From NCBI GenBank assembly GCA_963817895.1, contig CAWFQB010000010.1, positions 128,001-192,000 of the forward strand: a stretch of DNA of 64,000 nucleotides. The letters are read 5' to 3'. The stretch is from an uncultured Chthonomonadaceae bacterium (GTDB lineage Bacteria; Armatimonadota; Chthonomonadetes; Chthonomonadales; Chthonomonadaceae). Below are positions 63,401 through 64,000 of the stretch, piece by piece. The translations under genes and the position numbers were made by a program. The stretch's first letter is position 1; each line of letters begins with the position of its first letter. Under the pieces are notes generated by a model, which ran no database searches, was not told where the DNA came from, and saw only the letters and a list, made by a program, of their open reading frames with translations.

Positions 63401-63773
63401 CTCCCTGCGCGGCCTGCGTTTTCCAGTACGCCAGAAACTCACCCCGCAGCCCCAACTCCCGCCCCATGACCGACAGCAGGCCCGCGTACCACTGTTCCGC
63501 GCTCAGGTTGCTGCCGCCAAGTTTCGTCAAATCCACAAAAACGGTTCGGACGCCCGCCTGCCGCAATCGGCCCATTGTGCGAACGCACAGGCTGGACTTG
63601 CCCATTTGCCGCGAATTCAGGACGTAGCAGTATTCGCCCGCCATCAGCGCGTTCCGCAAATCCTCATCGGCCTGCCGGGTGACGTAGGAAGAGGCTTCGG
63701 GCGGCAATGTGCCGCCCGTAATGTAGAACGGGACTGCGGAGGGCGCGGGAACCGACGCCGAAGTAACAGACAT
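60441..63773 (-). CDS. AAA_35 (STAND) ATPase - hydrophobic helix - 14 WD40 repeats
   Basis: NSRQMGKSS, VFVDEID, SPFNIG, GHPYLTQ; AAVMGTAIAVILSGLAVYGFV; repeats of GH...V.SVAFSPDG..IVTGS.D.TAKVWD. Confidence 0.93.
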   Translation of the reverse strand: MSVTSASVPAPSAVPFYITGGTLPPEASSYVTRQADEDLRNALMAGEYCYVLNSRQMGKSSLCVRTMGRLRQAGVRTVFVDLTKLGGSNLSAEQWYAGLLSVMGRELGLRGEFLAYWKTQAAQGVGPLPRLFGALEEVALPASDAPIVVFVDEIDATRSLPFSADEFFSAIRQLYVERAVNPALKRLSFCLLGTAAPSDLIQDTRISPFNIGRRVEVTDFTPQEAAPLAKGLNHGEHGGHGEKLLQRVLYWTNGHPYLTQRLCSAIVEAQYRIPNTEHRTPSVDKLCADLFLTHTAKESDNNLTFVRDRLLKSDAEPAAVLDLYGQVRDGKRVADDDTNPLCAALKLSGVARVENGLLRVRNRIYAQVFDKKWVADHTADAELRRQKTAYWRGMVRAAVMGTAIAVILSGLAVYGFVQTRAARRNAQLANDKTLEANRARDNADYNLYVANMNLIQREWESNNVAHVLELLKATDGYKGRGFEWGYWNRLNHLSLKIFSGHTGGVNSVAFSPDGKRIVTGSMDKTAKVWNVQTGEALLTLKGHTDYISAVAFSPDGTKIVTGSHDKTAKVWDAQTGHELLSVKGRTEGISSISFSVDDGKMHVEIDASKTGVESVGFSPDGKNIVTGCLDAMKVWDAQTGHELLAVKGAANGISSFSFSPDGTRIVTGSWDGAAKVWDAQTGHKMLTLNGHASRVSSVCFSPDGTKIVTGSDDNTARIWNAQTGKSLLSLKGHTGGVSSVAFSPDGKRVVTGSSDKTAKVWDTQTGHEALTFKGYTDGVSSVAFSPDGKNIVTNSNNNTAGIWDATIRHDVLELKGHTNAGSSVAFSPDSTKIVTGSSDKTAKVWDAQTGEFLLSLKGHTGSINAVAFSPDGKHIVTGSGDKTAKVWDVQTGHEALTLRGHTISVDTVAFSPDGKRVVTGGQDNTAKIWDAQTGQEALTFKGHTDSVFAVAFSPDSKRVVTSSADGTVKVWDAQTGHEVLMLKGDIDYIRSVSYSPDGTKIVTDSQDNTASMWDAQTGYKILTFKGHTDSVSSVVFSPDGKRIVTGSSDKTAKVWDAQTGQELLTLKGHTDGIRSVAFSSDGKRIVTGSNDGTAKVWFADDTRLGKVSSK

Positions 63774-64000
63774 AGGACACCGCCTTACAGACAAATCAGA
63801 TAAACATGGTACTGCCGTACCTTTGCGAGTATATTGATCTGGTTGAGATCATAATTGAGGAGAAAAATGGAATATGGGTTCTTTCTCAATCTCATGGCTC
63901 AGCCGAAAGGTGAATGACATCGGCAAACCAGATTTTAGCGGTTTTATCTGCGCTGGCAGTGACAAGGCGCTTGCCATCCGGGGAGAACACTGCCGAATAG

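Noticed and set aside
63868..64000. Short ORFs at the right edge
   Set aside because: Too short and cut by the window end; no supportable call

Overview
Gene-dense, GC-rich bacterial chromosome segment. PEP-CTERM, DUF1559/H-X9-DG and FlgD-Ig secreted proteins suggest Armatimonadota or a similar lineage (inference only). About a dozen single-base frame breaks in otherwise intact genes suggest an unpolished long-read assembly. Housekeeping genes include leuCD, a yyaL-like gene, clcA, mscS, an nth-like glycosylase, an acyl-CoA ligase, an mgtE-like gene, a class I aldolase, queF and an ABC transporter. No rRNA, tRNA, CRISPR array, transposase or integrase was recognised. Highlights: (1) a paired STAND-ATPase locus, AAA_35-TM-14xWD40 followed by cyclase-TIR-AAA_35, resembling a sensor/executor NLR pair; (2) a 12 kb envelope locus in which two large secreted proteins share a ~480 aa C-terminal module ending in an FlgD-Ig domain, next to FlgT/CsgG-like proteins and a probable beta-barrel; (3) an unannotated 43 aa hydrophobic peptide opposed by a perfect sigma70 antisense promoter, like a type I toxin-antitoxin locus; (4) pervasive 7-9 nt tandem repeats, both as intergenic inverted pairs and as ordered composite inserts inside genes; (5) a 7TM-cyclase cassette flanked by a 63 bp duplication of the neighbouring gene's 3' end. 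All family calls come from motif recognition by eye, not from database searches.
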